Assembly (NCBI GenBank): GCA_965217865.1 | Contig: CBDCJO010000002.1 | Span: 3,904,001-3,968,000, forward strand | Direction of reading: 5' to 3' | DNA from: Candidatus Latescibacterota bacterium | Lineage (GTDB): Bacteria; Latescibacterota; UBA2968; SICM01 | Length of the DNA stretch: 64,000 nt | Part shown: positions 53,200-63,610 of the stretch, one piece after another | Layout of the letters: the number at the start of each line of letters is the position of its first letter | Numbering within the stretch: position 1 is the first letter of the stretch | Made by a program: the position numbers and the translations under genes | The notes under the pieces: model-generated | Seen by the model: the letters and a program-made list of their open reading frames with translations, nothing else | The model's database searches: none | Told to the model about the DNA's origin: nothing

Positions 53200-54199
53200 C
53201 AAGTCTCCTGTGGCTGAACAATGTGGGAATTTGCACACTGAGAATCTTAGAATCCGGGATGCCGTCTTTTGTTCCACACCAGAGGCGTCGGGGAATGAGG
53301 TCCCGGCAGGTTATTCAGAATGTAGCGTCATACAGGGTGCTTGTCAACACGGTTTTACCGGACAGGATGCTTATCAGCGAGGTTGCATGAGAGGGCGATC
53401 GTAGCGTGCGTCACTCAGGTCCGAACCGATCGGAACCTTCCAATTCATTCTCTTAACGCAGGGAATCGTCCGGATTCAATTCCACGCTTTTTTTAAAATA
53501 CGACTTCGCCTTTTCCGTGTTACCCAAACTCTGATAAGCGGCGGCGATATTGTAGTAGGCCTCCGCATCATTCGGTCTCAGCGAAATGGTTTTCTCGAAA
53601 TATTCAATGGCTTTTTCGTGCTGCCCAAGGTTGTAATAAGCGATGCCCACATTGGAGTGCGCCTCGGGGTGTTCCGGATTTATGGTGATGGCCTTTTGGG
53701 AGAGCTCGATCGTCTTTTCATACTGTTGCAGGTTTAGATATGCGGCCCCCATAGTTGAGTATGCGATGGCGTAATCCGATTTTAAGGAGATGGTTTTTTG
53801 GAAGTTCCTGATCGCCGTTTCATACTCGTTCATTCTCTGATATGCAGTTCCCAGATTATAGTAGGCGTCGGGGTTATCCGGTTTTAAGGAGATGGATTTC
53901 TGGAAGTGTCGGACCGCGGTTTCAGGTTGATTCAGATTGAGAAACGCCCCCCCCATATTGATATATGCGTTTTCGAGATTCGGGTTCAATTCGATCGCCT
54001 TTTGGGAGAATTTGATGGCTGTTTCATGCTCGCCAAGACGGTTGTATGCGGCGCTAAGATTGACATATGCATCGTGAAAGTTCGGGTCCAAATCGATGGC
54101 TTTCCTCAAGTAGTCGATCCCGGTCTGGTATTGACCCAAACTGCATAATTTGATCCCAACTGAATCCCAGTGTCGTGGGTTATTCGAATTTGCCTCTAG

Positions 54200-54390
54200 T
54201 GTCGTGTCCCAAAGATTCCTTCAATAATTTCTTGGGTAGCGGTCTGTCGTCCTGAGCGGAGCGAAGGATCTCTATGTCCCGAACTATCAGACAGTTGGTG
54301 CGATCTTCGCTCGCTGGCTCTCGATCAAAATGACAGCCACCGCTACGTTTTTGGAGACTTTCTTTTGTAAGGAACTTCTGGGACACGACA
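54200..54390. mobile_element. 191-bp MITE, copy 2 (inverted relative to copy 1)
   Basis: Reverse complement of 47584..47775 with several substitutions; CTAG flanks. Confidence 0.85.
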
Positions 54391-54394
54391 CTAG

Positions 54395-55920
54395 CAGCCC
54401 GTTGAAGAACTACCTTTCAACGCACATAAACGGAAAAGACGCCTGGAGTGCGGGTCGGATAAATCAAGGTAAGGAGATTGAGCAGGAGACGCTGATAAGA
54501 GGTTAAAAAGGTGACCGAGGGCAGCAAACGTGATTGTAGGACGAGCAGTAGACGCTGCAAGGCCTTGGCCAGGTCCTGGAGGGCCTTCGGAGTACCTACG
54601 CCCATCACTTTGCGCATGAGCAGAGCCAGGTTGCAGCCCCCGATGTGGATCAGCAAACGCTTGAGGATATTGCCGCGGTCTCTCAAGTGCAACCTGCGCA
54701 TGCCACCGGTATCATATGTGTGAGCGATGGTTCTTTCCACCCGTTCTGCACGACTTCGGCGCAAGGCCTTGCCGCGATCTCCCTTGATCCGGCGTCGATT
54801 CGCATATACCGCGGCCTGCTCATCTCGTCGGCCGTTCCACTTGCGGCGTCCCCGATCCGGTTCTGAAATGTAACTCCGGATGCCGCCTTGCTTCAGACTG
54901 GTCAATACATCGTTGCTATGATATCCTTTGTCCGCAACCACCTCCCGTATACGCTGTCTGTGCAAACGTTTGGCAGCTTTTTCGTCCTTCGCGACCTGCT
55001 TGAGATTGAGCTGCGCCTCGAGCAGCGTCCAGGGCAACGACTCGGTATCTCCTTCATCTGCTCCCGACAACGCCACTGCCACAATGGCATTGGTGTCCAG
55101 ATCCACCGCGTGCTCCACCTTGTGCGCCATGTGCGTGCGACCGTCCTTCATCTTAGCGATCTTGGCATCCGGGTCGTGCGGGTGCTCCCAGTCCTGGTTC
55201 GATCCCTTCTTCGGTCGCTTCTTATCGATCTTGGACAAGTCCTCGCGGGTAGGCGTTTCAATGCCCGAGGCCTTGGCCAGATTCTCAAGGAATGCCTGGT
55301 AGCCTTCACCCGTGTCACGGCGTACAATGCTGCGCATCGCGGCGTTGGCCTCCAGTGTCGTAGCATCCACGCCCAACGTCTTCCCCTTCACCAGACCCGC
55401 TTTGCACAAGACCCTCAGGATCCACTTGAAAACCGCTTCGTGAACTTCCAAGGGAAGCCGATGCCGGATGCGAGACAGGCTGGAATGATCCGGGGTCTGT
55501 TCGTCAAGGGCATACCCCAAAAACCGGCGCAACGTCAGCGAGTCAGATACACGCCATTCGATCCCACGTTCCGAATCAAGTCCCTCGAAATACCCAATCA
55601 AAAGCATCCGAAAATAAACCCCGGGCGGAATGCCCTTGCGACCCATATGAGGAGCGTAATACCGCTGGCAAAGCCCCTCGACGAACTCGTCGAAGCCGTT
55701 CGCCCCCAATACCTGATTCAGCTTCTCGTAGAACGGATGACCCGGAGATTTCACCAAAGTGTTCGATGCGATGAACAGGTTTTCCTGTCTCTGTCGTCCT
55801 CGTTTTCCCATTGCCATTTGCTCGTCCTCCCTTCTCAGTTTGAACCTGATATATCATAGGACCAAACCACAAGGAAAGACAACAGTCATCTTGGCATAAA
55901 CGCACTTTTTCAACAGGCTG
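54395..55920 (-). mobile_element. IS1182-like insertion sequence, copy 2
   Basis: Same IRs and length as copy 1; CTAG at 54391 and 55921. Confidence 0.9.
54417..55817 (-). CDS. DDE transposase (IS1182-like), identical protein to 47802..49202
   Basis: Identical translation in the ORF track. Confidence 0.92.
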   Translation of the reverse strand: MAMGKRGRQRQENLFIASNTLVKSPGHPFYEKLNQVLGANGFDEFVEGLCQRYYAPHMGRKGIPPGVYFRMLLIGYFEGLDSERGIEWRVSDSLTLRRFLGYALDEQTPDHSSLSRIRHRLPLEVHEAVFKWILRVLCKAGLVKGKTLGVDATTLEANAAMRSIVRRDTGEGYQAFLENLAKASGIETPTREDLSKIDKKRPKKGSNQDWEHPHDPDAKIAKMKDGRTHMAHKVEHAVDLDTNAIVAVALSGADEGDTESLPWTLLEAQLNLKQVAKDEKAAKRLHRQRIREVVADKGYHSNDVLTSLKQGGIRSYISEPDRGRRKWNGRRDEQAAVYANRRRIKGDRGKALRRSRAERVERTIAHTYDTGGMRRLHLRDRGNILKRLLIHIGGCNLALLMRKVMGVGTPKALQDLAKALQRLLLVLQSRLLPSVTFLTSYQRLLLNLLTLIYPTRTPGVFSVYVR

Positions 55921-57721
55921 CTAGGGCTTGCCGATAGGTGTGAAGTTCCTCTTCGTCTTTTCCTCTTAAATGATAATAATTCCCAAGGGTCTCCCACCCG
56001 TAAGACCTGGCGTGGCCCGAAAGACGGCAATGCTCCAGGATATCTGCATATCGGCGTGCGGCGTACCCGGGGTTCGCATTCAGCCCGATCCACAACAGGG
56101 TATGCATGGCTGTCGCCCCTCCGACAAGGATTCCAATATGAATGAGGTCGGATCTTTCGTGAATCCGGCGGTTGAGCGTGACAGCAGCCCAAAGGGTGAA
56201 CGGGACCGCGGGATACGCGAATGCATCCCAGTCCCTGAATGCCCCGACTTCGGGGTTGGTAATCAAGGTGAAGAGGATGGGGAAAAGGGACGCCGTGAGG
56301 AGGAACTTTCGATCAGGGTCGGAGAACAATACGTGACGGCGGAGCAGGCCGAGTGTGATCAGGGCGGCGGGGGCGACCAGGAGGTACTGGTTCAGGACGT
56401 CGCGCAGGTGGGCGAATGAGAAGAGGGGATAGTGGTTCGAGAAGTCCAAAACCGCGAAAGGGGATAAGAGATGGAAGGCGGGGGATTTATTGAGATAATT
56501 GAGTGGTTTATAGTCGATGAAATAAAAAACAACCAGGACCATGCCGGGTACTACGACAAGGGAAGCCATGGATCTAAAGCAGGTTTTCCTCCAGGAGAAA
56601 CCAAGAGGACCGGTCTTCCTCTCGGTGCCGATCTGAAGGACGGCCAGAATCAGGAGTGAAGGTATAAGCGCTGTGGTCATAAAGTGAAGCGGGATGAGGA
56701 TTCCGAGAATGGCCGAGGGGCCCCAGAGTGGAAGTTTCTTTTTGAGGACGAGAGATCCGGTCAACAGAAAAAACAGGATCGTGGGGAAGAGGAACGGATA
56801 GGTTTCGACATAACCGAAAAAGAGCTGGAGATATCCTGGAGTTAGCAATAGTCCGACAATGATGATTCGTTCCGGACGATCGCGCCCGAGGATCCACCCA
56901 ACGAATGGGATTTGTATGAGATATAAGATACCCGATGCGTGACTGAAAATGCGGTAGGTGGTCTCCGCGGAACCCCAGAGGCTGCCTCCGATCTGGTGGA
57001 ACGTCCTGATCATCCAGAAGGAGAGAGGCGCACGATCGGTCCTAGGCGTTGCCTGCCACAGGCCTTTGTCGAGTTCGCGGATATATAGATACCCGTCCCC
57101 CAGAAGATGAGTTTTTGCGTTTAAAACTATAAACGAGATCCCTCCAACGAGGGCAAGGAGCACGCAGATCCTGTATGACCGGGATGACGTGGGAGGGTCC
57201 CCGGAACTCTCCGTTTGTTCGAATATCCAACCGACAAGTACTCGGCGGGTCGCCGGGATTAAGAGGATGGCGCTTGTGAAAACGAAGAGGGACTGTATCC
57301 AAAGGGGATAGAACGCGAGCATGTCCCCGCCCCACATGCAGAGGGGGTACCAAATTCCCAGCAGAAGATGAACGGCCAGGAAAGATCCGACGACGAGGGT
57401 CGGCCTGACCAGGCGGACATTCAATTCCGGGCTCAATTTTTTACGGATCCGCTATGACTGACTAGTCTGGGGGCCCAGGATTCGCGGTGGGTAACGCAAT
57501 CGTCCTCGATTACGGGACCAATGTAAATGGGTGAACATCAAGGGTCAATATAAATATACCGTCCGGATTGGAGTAACTTCCCCGACACCGGAGGTCATGA
57601 AATTATTTGATCCAATTCAAGGGACGAGAAAGGAAGGCCAGATCCGGGATAAAAAAACGCAATTAGAAGATTAAGGCTTGACTTTACAAACCAAACTGAG
57701 TAACTTCACACCGCACCTGAC

Positions 57722-57844
57722 GTCAAAGGAGGAACCGACCACCAGGACAACCTGCAACTGCTTTGCGGAGCCTGCAACAGCCTGAAAGGCGATAGGCCGC
57801 AAGCCTATCTGGTGGTGAGGCTGAAGGCGGATGGTATCCTGTAA
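57722..57844 (+). pseudogene. HNH endonuclease C-terminal fragment
   Basis: KGGTDHQDNLQLLCGACNSLKG with no start codon in frame. Confidence 0.7.
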
Positions 57845-57863
57845 ATCGAAAGGAGGTGATAAT

Positions 57864-58034
57864 ATGGCCAGAATAAGTCCGTGGCATTCTGACGACGATG
57901 ATGCGATTGTTTACCACGAGTGCACAAACTGCAATACGGGCAATAACATCGAGACAGAAAACAGACGCTCGGGCACTGGAGGCAAAGAACAGTGCTTAGA
58001 ATGTGCACGCCTGATCAGAAACAACAATTGCTAG
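57864..58034 (+). CDS. 56-aa Cys/His-rich small protein
   Basis: Perfect RBS AAGGAGGT; YHECTNC...CLEC. Confidence 0.7.
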   Translation: MARISPWHSDDDDAIVYHECTNCNTGNNIETENRRSGTGGKEQCLECARLIRNNNC

Positions 58035-58357
58035 TAGCCCTCAGGAATTGACGGGACCGGAAGAAAGCGCGGATTAAATTCCATTGCCCAATGCGGTCCC
58101 GTCAATTCGTTATCCTGCACACCCCATTCCCTCGACAACTTTGTAACGGGCAATCCGTGAATCACCGCAACCCCGTAAGCACGAGGACCTTCCCCAACTC
58201 CACCACGAAACTCTACCGTTGGCTGGTCGTAAGCATGTCCTTCTCCACCCTGGCATGACTGGCAAGTTTCTACTCCATTTTTCTGTAGAATCTTAACCAC
58301 ATTTTCAATCTTTGGGTCTAAAATACTATCATGTGGCTTCCTTGATAAGCTATTCAT
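58031..58357 (-). CDS. Hypothetical protein (LDPKI...ETCQSCQG motif)
   Basis: RBS AAGGGG; motif loosely like the TYW3 N-terminus. Confidence 0.6.
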   Translation of the reverse strand: MNSLSRKPHDSILDPKIENVVKILQKNGVETCQSCQGGEGHAYDQPTVEFRGGVGEGPRAYGVAVIHGLPVTKLSREWGVQDNELTGPHWAMEFNPRFLPVPSIPEGY

Positions 58358-58479
58358 AAACCCCTTTCCGTGTGAGATATGACAATGCGTCTTTTTCAGT
58401 TGTATAGAAATTGATGAGGGTATTGACTACTTGATAAAACAACTAGAGAAGGTCCGAAAAAATGCAAAGCGTGCAAAGG

Positions 58480-59364
58480 TCATGCAAAGCATCCCTTCAT
58501 GAACGTATCAAACGTCCGCTTGTTCTTCCGGTTATTGTATTTGTAGCACGCTTCGGCCACGTAGAACGGCGTGTAACGCTTCGTGTAGTGATGATGTGAA
58601 CCGTACCAGGCTCGCTTGAGCAGGGACCATACGCCATCAATCGTGTTGGTGTGGATATCTCCGTCCGCGTATTGCCTGGCGTGGTGAATCACAGCATGGC
58701 TCATGATTTGCCTTACGGTGTTGTAGGCGCTAAATTCGTCCGTGACAAGCACCGACTCCGAAGGGTCTATCGCCTGTTTGATGAAGGCCAGAACTCCCCT
58801 GCCTGACAGATCGTCCGCCACACGGGCAACTACCTTCCCGCCACGCTCCACGGCTCCTATAACCGGAGTCTTGCTAGTCCCGCGTCCTCTGGGAGCGTTG
58901 CCACCGCCACCTGACTGCCTGTTGCGTTTCCGTGGCTTGCCTCCTACGTAGGTCTCGTCGGCTTCGACGATCCCGCGCAACAATACCTTCCCCTGCCTTG
59001 TTGCCATCTCGGCACGAATCCGCTGTTGCACGTACCATGCGGACCGTTGGGTAAGGTTCAGGTCCCGGGCAAGCTGGCAACTGGACAGGCTTTTCTTGGC
59101 GTTGACGATCAATGCGATTGCCATAAACCACTTCTGTAGTGGAAGGTGCGTTCCCTGAAATATTGTCCCAGAAAGGACGTTGAAGCTAGACTTGCAGGCA
59201 TGGCAGTTCCAACGCCCTATAATGTTTCCCTCTTTCTTTCGAGCACACTCACCAACAGCACCGCATAACGGACAAAACGGATCATCTCTGAACCTTACCC
59301 GCTCAAGATGCTCAATGCATGATTCCTGCGTCGGGAACTTTTCAATCGCCGTCAACAAGTTCAT
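58480..59364 (-). CDS. IS1595-family transposase
   Basis: CPLCG...CHAC zinc ribbon, VEADETYVGG, TDE and HTNTI. Confidence 0.93.
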   Translation of the reverse strand: MNLLTAIEKFPTQESCIEHLERVRFRDDPFCPLCGAVGECARKKEGNIIGRWNCHACKSSFNVLSGTIFQGTHLPLQKWFMAIALIVNAKKSLSSCQLARDLNLTQRSAWYVQQRIRAEMATRQGKVLLRGIVEADETYVGGKPRKRNRQSGGGGNAPRGRGTSKTPVIGAVERGGKVVARVADDLSGRGVLAFIKQAIDPSESVLVTDEFSAYNTVRQIMSHAVIHHARQYADGDIHTNTIDGVWSLLKRAWYGSHHHYTKRYTPFYVAEACYKYNNRKNKRTFDTFMKGCFA

Positions 59365-59568
59365 TTTCCTTCCTCCCTTTTTTTGGTTAAGTTAGTTGTT
59401 TTCTCTACACTTAATATAACGAAAAAGGGACCAAAAGTCAAGCCTTAATCTTCTAATTGCGTAAAAAAATGGTGCCCAGCAACTCTCATCCGAGGTTGGT
59501 CGGGGCAACCACAGAGAGAGCGCCGGGCATCTGTTGAAGGGCACAAGCAGGGAGGGATTAAGATTGGG

Positions 59569-60228
59569 TCATTTCAAGATCTCAAAGCGTATCAGGTCGC
59601 ATCCCTTAAGTTTTTCTGTGTGATTCGGGGGAAGCATAATCTGTGAATTTTTGCTGATCTGGATAACATCCTCAATGGGCTGCAGTTCCTCATCATATAT
59701 GATCCTGAAGCGCGCAGGAGAAGAGAGCAGGTCCTGGTTCTTTTCGATGATGTCCTGGGGCGCCGTGAAGACCTTGATGTCGCCCCATTTATTGTTGACG
59801 GACCAGGAGGTGGGTGAGAGGATCTGAACAGGGTCCGCGTTTGCTTTCGGGGTAATTTTGAACTCCAGATTCTTCGGTTTCTTCGAATCCTGAGAGGACT
59901 TTTTGTTCGGGACTTGGGATATGGTCGATTCTTTAACCCTGGAGGATTTCCAGATTTTCACCAAAGAAGACCGGATAGGAATGCAGATTCGGATGTTGGC
60001 GGCATAAGCCAGGACCATGAAAAAAAGAAAGAAGACGGTCCATATTCCGTGGTAGCATTCGGGGAGTTCCCCGGTGAATCGAAGCCCTCCAACTGCCGTT
60101 GCCATAAGGTTCAAGGCGATCGTCGGAATCCCAATGTTGGCTGTCGAGATCAGGTACAGGATACCGGCTCCCAGCAGGAGCGGTGACATAACGGAGATGG
60201 TCGCGATCTGGATTGCTACGTAGTCCAT
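59569..60228 (-). CDS. Hypothetical membrane protein
   Basis: N-terminal hydrophobic helices; RBS AGGA; preceded by a sigma54 promoter. Confidence 0.65.
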   Translation of the reverse strand: MDYVAIQIATISVMSPLLLGAGILYLISTANIGIPTIALNLMATAVGGLRFTGELPECYHGIWTVFFLFFMVLAYAANIRICIPIRSSLVKIWKSSRVKESTISQVPNKKSSQDSKKPKNLEFKITPKANADPVQILSPTSWSVNNKWGDIKVFTAPQDIIEKNQDLLSSPARFRIIYDEELQPIEDVIQISKNSQIMLPPNHTEKLKGCDLIRFEILK

Positions 60229-60286
60229 AGTTTGCTTCCTGAAATTAGTTCCGAAATCTGAATTTCATCATCTGGTTATTGTATAT

Positions 60287-60302
60287 TGCAATGTTCGTGC
60301 CA
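60287..60302 (-). promoter_or_regulatory. Sigma54 (-24/-12) promoter
   Basis: Minus strand TGGCACGAACATTGCA. Confidence 0.75.
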
Positions 60303-60555
60303 GAAGTTTATAAATTTATAATTACATAAAATACAGTAATATATATTTATACCAGCTTGGTTTAGAGAAGATTTCTCGCGTCGAAATTGGCATTGGTTGA
60401 TAACAACTGTCGCCAATCTGTAAGGATTAGAAAGGGATGTCCGGGTGGGTTCCGTCCGGCAATAAAAAAGGCCCGAAAATCTTCCCATGGCTGGTCGGGG
60501 CAACCACAGATAGATGCCGGGCCTTATCGCATGACCTCATTTAAAATCTTGAGGT

Positions 60556-60882
60556 TTATTCGATTTTTTCCTCAAGGTCCATGGAATGGAACTCCCAACC
60601 GGTTTTGTAGGTCCCCTGACCGTCTCGCTGGATCCACGTGAGTCGCGCCTTGAGGCAGATCTCAAAAGGCTGATTTTGATCCTCCGGGTTTGAAACCTTC
60701 TGGAGGGATTTTTGGAGGGCCTTGATGTCCGAACCTCTCATTCTGAGCTGCATCCCCTGTGCGCTGATGTCCATCGTCTGAAGGACCAGGGTGCTCTCAT
60801 CGTCGAGTTGGGCCATGACCGGCAACTGAATCTCAAAACGCGGATGCTGTCTCTTGGCCAAAGTGGATTCATCTATTGCCAT
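60556..60882 (-). CDS. PilZ domain protein
   Basis: RQHPR (RxxxR) and DISAQG (DxSxxG) c-di-GMP motifs; RBS AGGAGG. Confidence 0.82.
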   Translation of the reverse strand: MAIDESTLAKRQHPRFEIQLPVMAQLDDESTLVLQTMDISAQGMQLRMRGSDIKALQKSLQKVSNPEDQNQPFEICLKARLTWIQRDGQGTYKTGWEFHSMDLEEKIE

Positions 60883-60941
60883 GCTCCGCGTCCTCCTATT
60901 TATCTGAGTCGTTCGGTTCCATCGATACACGAATACGTACA

Positions 60942-60957
60942 TGCAAGGGTCGTGCCA
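60942..60957 (-). promoter_or_regulatory. Sigma54 (-24/-12) promoter
   Basis: Minus strand TGGCACGACCCTTGCA. Confidence 0.75.
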
Positions 60958-61226
60958 GAATTTACGTATGGCGATAAATCATTATCGGGGAAGAGATCAG
61001 AGAATTTTCCAAGTATCAGCTGAGGTAGCGTTTGGCAATCGTTGATAACAACATTTGCCAAGAACCGCTACATCGGGATGTAAGGACATTCTCTTCTATA
61101 CTTTCACACCTCCATACACTCACACTTTAGTCTTCGGTATTTCCCTTGACCACTCCGGAGGGGCTAAGTAGATTTGCCTTCCTGAGATCGCGAAAGTGGG
61201 CAACAACGCTTACTTAGGGATGAGGG

Positions 61227-63116
61227 TTGGACCTGGATATGAAGGAAGGATTCGAAAGATTCCCCCGGGGGTTGAAGGAGATGCGAAAAATCGTCGCCTC
61301 CTCCATCCCTCGCGCATTCGGACTGGTCTGGAAGGCCGGGCCCGCCCTTACGGCCGTAATCCTTGTCATCACCTTTCTGGAAGCATTCTTTCCCGTCGCC
61401 ATCCTTTGGACCACGAAACTGACCATCGATCGAATCGCAATCCTGATGCATGAGGGTGTGGGTGCAGGTGATAAGGGGCTGCGCCCATTGTGGATCCTGA
61501 TCGGAATCCTGGGGGTTCTCTGGGTCGTAAACCGGGGAATGGAATCTTTGAGGAATACCATGACCGGACTGTTGCGGTTTAAAGTTGAGAACCACGTACA
61601 GTCATTGATCATGCAGAAGTGTTCAACCCTGGATCTGGCCTTCTTCGAAAACCCCAAAAACCTGGATATACTCGAGAACGCAAGCCGCGGCGCTTTGATG
61701 AGCGCCTTTACCATGGTCCAAATGCTTTTTTCACTCACCAGGACTTTTGTCACCCTGGGCACTTTTTTGACGGCACTCTTCCATCTCCATTGGCTTACGA
61801 TGACCGTGGTCGCGTTCACAACCGCGCCGCAGATGTTATCGTCCAGTTATTTCGCCCGGCGCCACTGGAAAATGAAGACCGGGCAGGCGGAAGAGAGCCG
61901 ATTGCGCTACTACCTGTCCTGGCTGATCACCCAGCGGGAAACGGCAAAGGAGGTTCGGTCCTTCGGGCTATCCGGATATCTCCTGGATCGATTCAAGTAT
62001 TTCAGTCAGAAGTTTTTCAAACAGGAAAGGGCCCTTGAAATAAGGCGTGAAACGGCAAACCTTTTCCTGGGGTTATTGGGGATCGCCGGAACAGTAGGAA
62101 TCTGGGTGTATGTAGCCCTTCGTGCAATCGGACGAACGCTAACGATGGGGGACGTTGTGTTTTACACCCAGGCGGTCCAAAATTGCCAAGGAAACCTCCT
62201 GTCGCTCTTTACGCAGGGGGGGCAGCTCTATGAGCAGACCTTGTTTTTAGGCAATCTGTTCGCGTTGCTCGACATGAAACCCGCCGAGATTGAGGGCGCA
62301 CTCAGGGGACCGGACGGCTGCCCCCGGCGCTGGGGAGATCGGGTGCCACCGATCCGAATAAAAAACGGAATTGAATTCCGAGATGTCTCCTTTCGTTATC
62401 CGGGTTCGAAAAATTGGGTGTTGCGAAACGTGAGTTTTATGATGCGGCCGGGGGAATCCATCGCCCTGGTCGGGAGAAACGGTGCGGGCAAGACAACCCT
62501 CGTAAAACTTCTCGCCCGCCTTTATGACCCAACGGAAGGGGAGATATGGCTAGACGGTCACAACCTCCGGGAATTTGATCTGGATCTCCTCCGCCAGGGG
62601 TTCGGGACCATTTTTCAGGACTATACGAGATATTTTCTGACTTTACGGGAAAATATAGGTTTCGGTGATGTTCAATGGGTGGAAGATGTTCCGAGAGTCA
62701 AAAAGGCTTCGGGGAAGGCGGAGGCGGAGGAGATTGCGAAGCGGTTACCGGGGGGGTATGAAACTTACCTGGGAAGGCAGTTCACGGGTTTGGGGGTGGA
62801 TCTATCCGGCGGTGAATGGCAGAAGGTCGCCCTTGCCCGCGCCTACATGCGGGACTCCCCTATATTGATCCTGGATGAGCCCACCGCAGCTCTGGACGCC
62901 TTCGCCGAGTATGAGATCTACAAGGGTTTTGCTGAGATGACGGGCGGAAAAATTGTCGTGTTTATCTCACATCGTTTTTCAACCGTGCGCATGGCGAATC
63001 ACATCCTCGTGCTCAAGGACGGAGAAGTGATTGAGGAAGGATCTCACGATGCCTTGCTTACTCTCGATGGTCTCTATGCCTCTATGTTTAAGACTCAGGC
63101 GGATCGTTACCAATAG
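61227..63116 (+). CDS. ABC exporter, fused permease/ATP-binding protein
   Basis: GRNGAGKT, LSGGEWQK, ILDEPT and SHR; N-terminal TM domain. Confidence 0.93.
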   Translation: MDLDMKEGFERFPRGLKEMRKIVASSIPRAFGLVWKAGPALTAVILVITFLEAFFPVAILWTTKLTIDRIAILMHEGVGAGDKGLRPLWILIGILGVLWVVNRGMESLRNTMTGLLRFKVENHVQSLIMQKCSTLDLAFFENPKNLDILENASRGALMSAFTMVQMLFSLTRTFVTLGTFLTALFHLHWLTMTVVAFTTAPQMLSSSYFARRHWKMKTGQAEESRLRYYLSWLITQRETAKEVRSFGLSGYLLDRFKYFSQKFFKQERALEIRRETANLFLGLLGIAGTVGIWVYVALRAIGRTLTMGDVVFYTQAVQNCQGNLLSLFTQGGQLYEQTLFLGNLFALLDMKPAEIEGALRGPDGCPRRWGDRVPPIRIKNGIEFRDVSFRYPGSKNWVLRNVSFMMRPGESIALVGRNGAGKTTLVKLLARLYDPTEGEIWLDGHNLREFDLDLLRQGFGTIFQDYTRYFLTLRENIGFGDVQWVEDVPRVKKASGKAEAEEIAKRLPGGYETYLGRQFTGLGVDLSGGEWQKVALARAYMRDSPILILDEPTAALDAFAEYEIYKGFAEMTGGKIVVFISHRFSTVRMANHILVLKDGEVIEEGSHDALLTLDGLYASMFKTQADRYQ

Positions 63117-63166
63117 CGTCAAATTGGATAGTAGGACTAATGACGGGTCCTCCCCGGTCTGGTGTA

Positions 63167-63547
63167 TCAGACCTCTTTCGGGAGCTTTGTCTTTCCGTCT
63201 TTCAACATGGACCTGACATGAGCGGTTGAGAGGCCATGTACGTTGGTCAGATCGACTCCCCGGAAGTCCGCCCCTCGCAGGTCCGCCCCCCGAAGATTGA
63301 CGTCCCGGAGTTTGGCCTTCTTGAGCCTTGCGCCCATCAGGTCAACCCCCTCAAGATTTGCCCCTCGCAGGTCCGCCCATTTGAAGTCGACGTCCTGTAA
63401 GCAGGCATTCCGGAGTTCAGCGCCCGGGAGGGAGACATTCTGGAATCTAACCCCCTGGATATTGACCTTTTTCCCATTTTTTCCCTTCGACGTAAGCCAC
63501 TCCAGATGCCTTTTCAGGATCCTCTCCAATTGTCTCTGTGCTTTCAT
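63167..63547 (-). CDS. Pentapeptide repeat protein
   Basis: ADLRG/ANLEG/ADFRG repeats. Confidence 0.85.
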   Translation of the reverse strand: MKAQRQLERILKRHLEWLTSKGKNGKKVNIQGVRFQNVSLPGAELRNACLQDVDFKWADLRGANLEGVDLMGARLKKAKLRDVNLRGADLRGADFRGVDLTNVHGLSTAHVRSMLKDGKTKLPKEV

Positions 63548-63610
63548 GATATATTTTGTCCGGTGGGGAAAGGCAGGATAATTTCGGGTCATCGACTACC
63601 GTTTGTCTTA

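Larger units (their letters stand above)
53453..57436 (-). pseudogene. Membrane TPR protein interrupted by IS + MITE
   Basis: Paralog of 23370..25580; excision at CTAG restores YRQALEANSNNPRHW (paralog YQQALEANPKNPRHW). Confidence 0.9.
57658..59461 (-). mobile_element. IS1595-family element with passenger genes
   Basis: 28-bp perfect IR CGCAATTAGAAGATTAAGGCTTGACTTT; 8-bp direct repeat TAAAAAAA on both sides. Confidence 0.9.

Noticed and set aside
47780-55920. Composite transposon bounded by the two IS copies
   Set aside because: Each IS separately interrupts its own gene, whose halves rejoin exactly, so the insertions are independent
59472-59530. Integron attC site
   Set aside because: Lacks RYYYAAC/GTTRRRY ends; no integron integrase in the window
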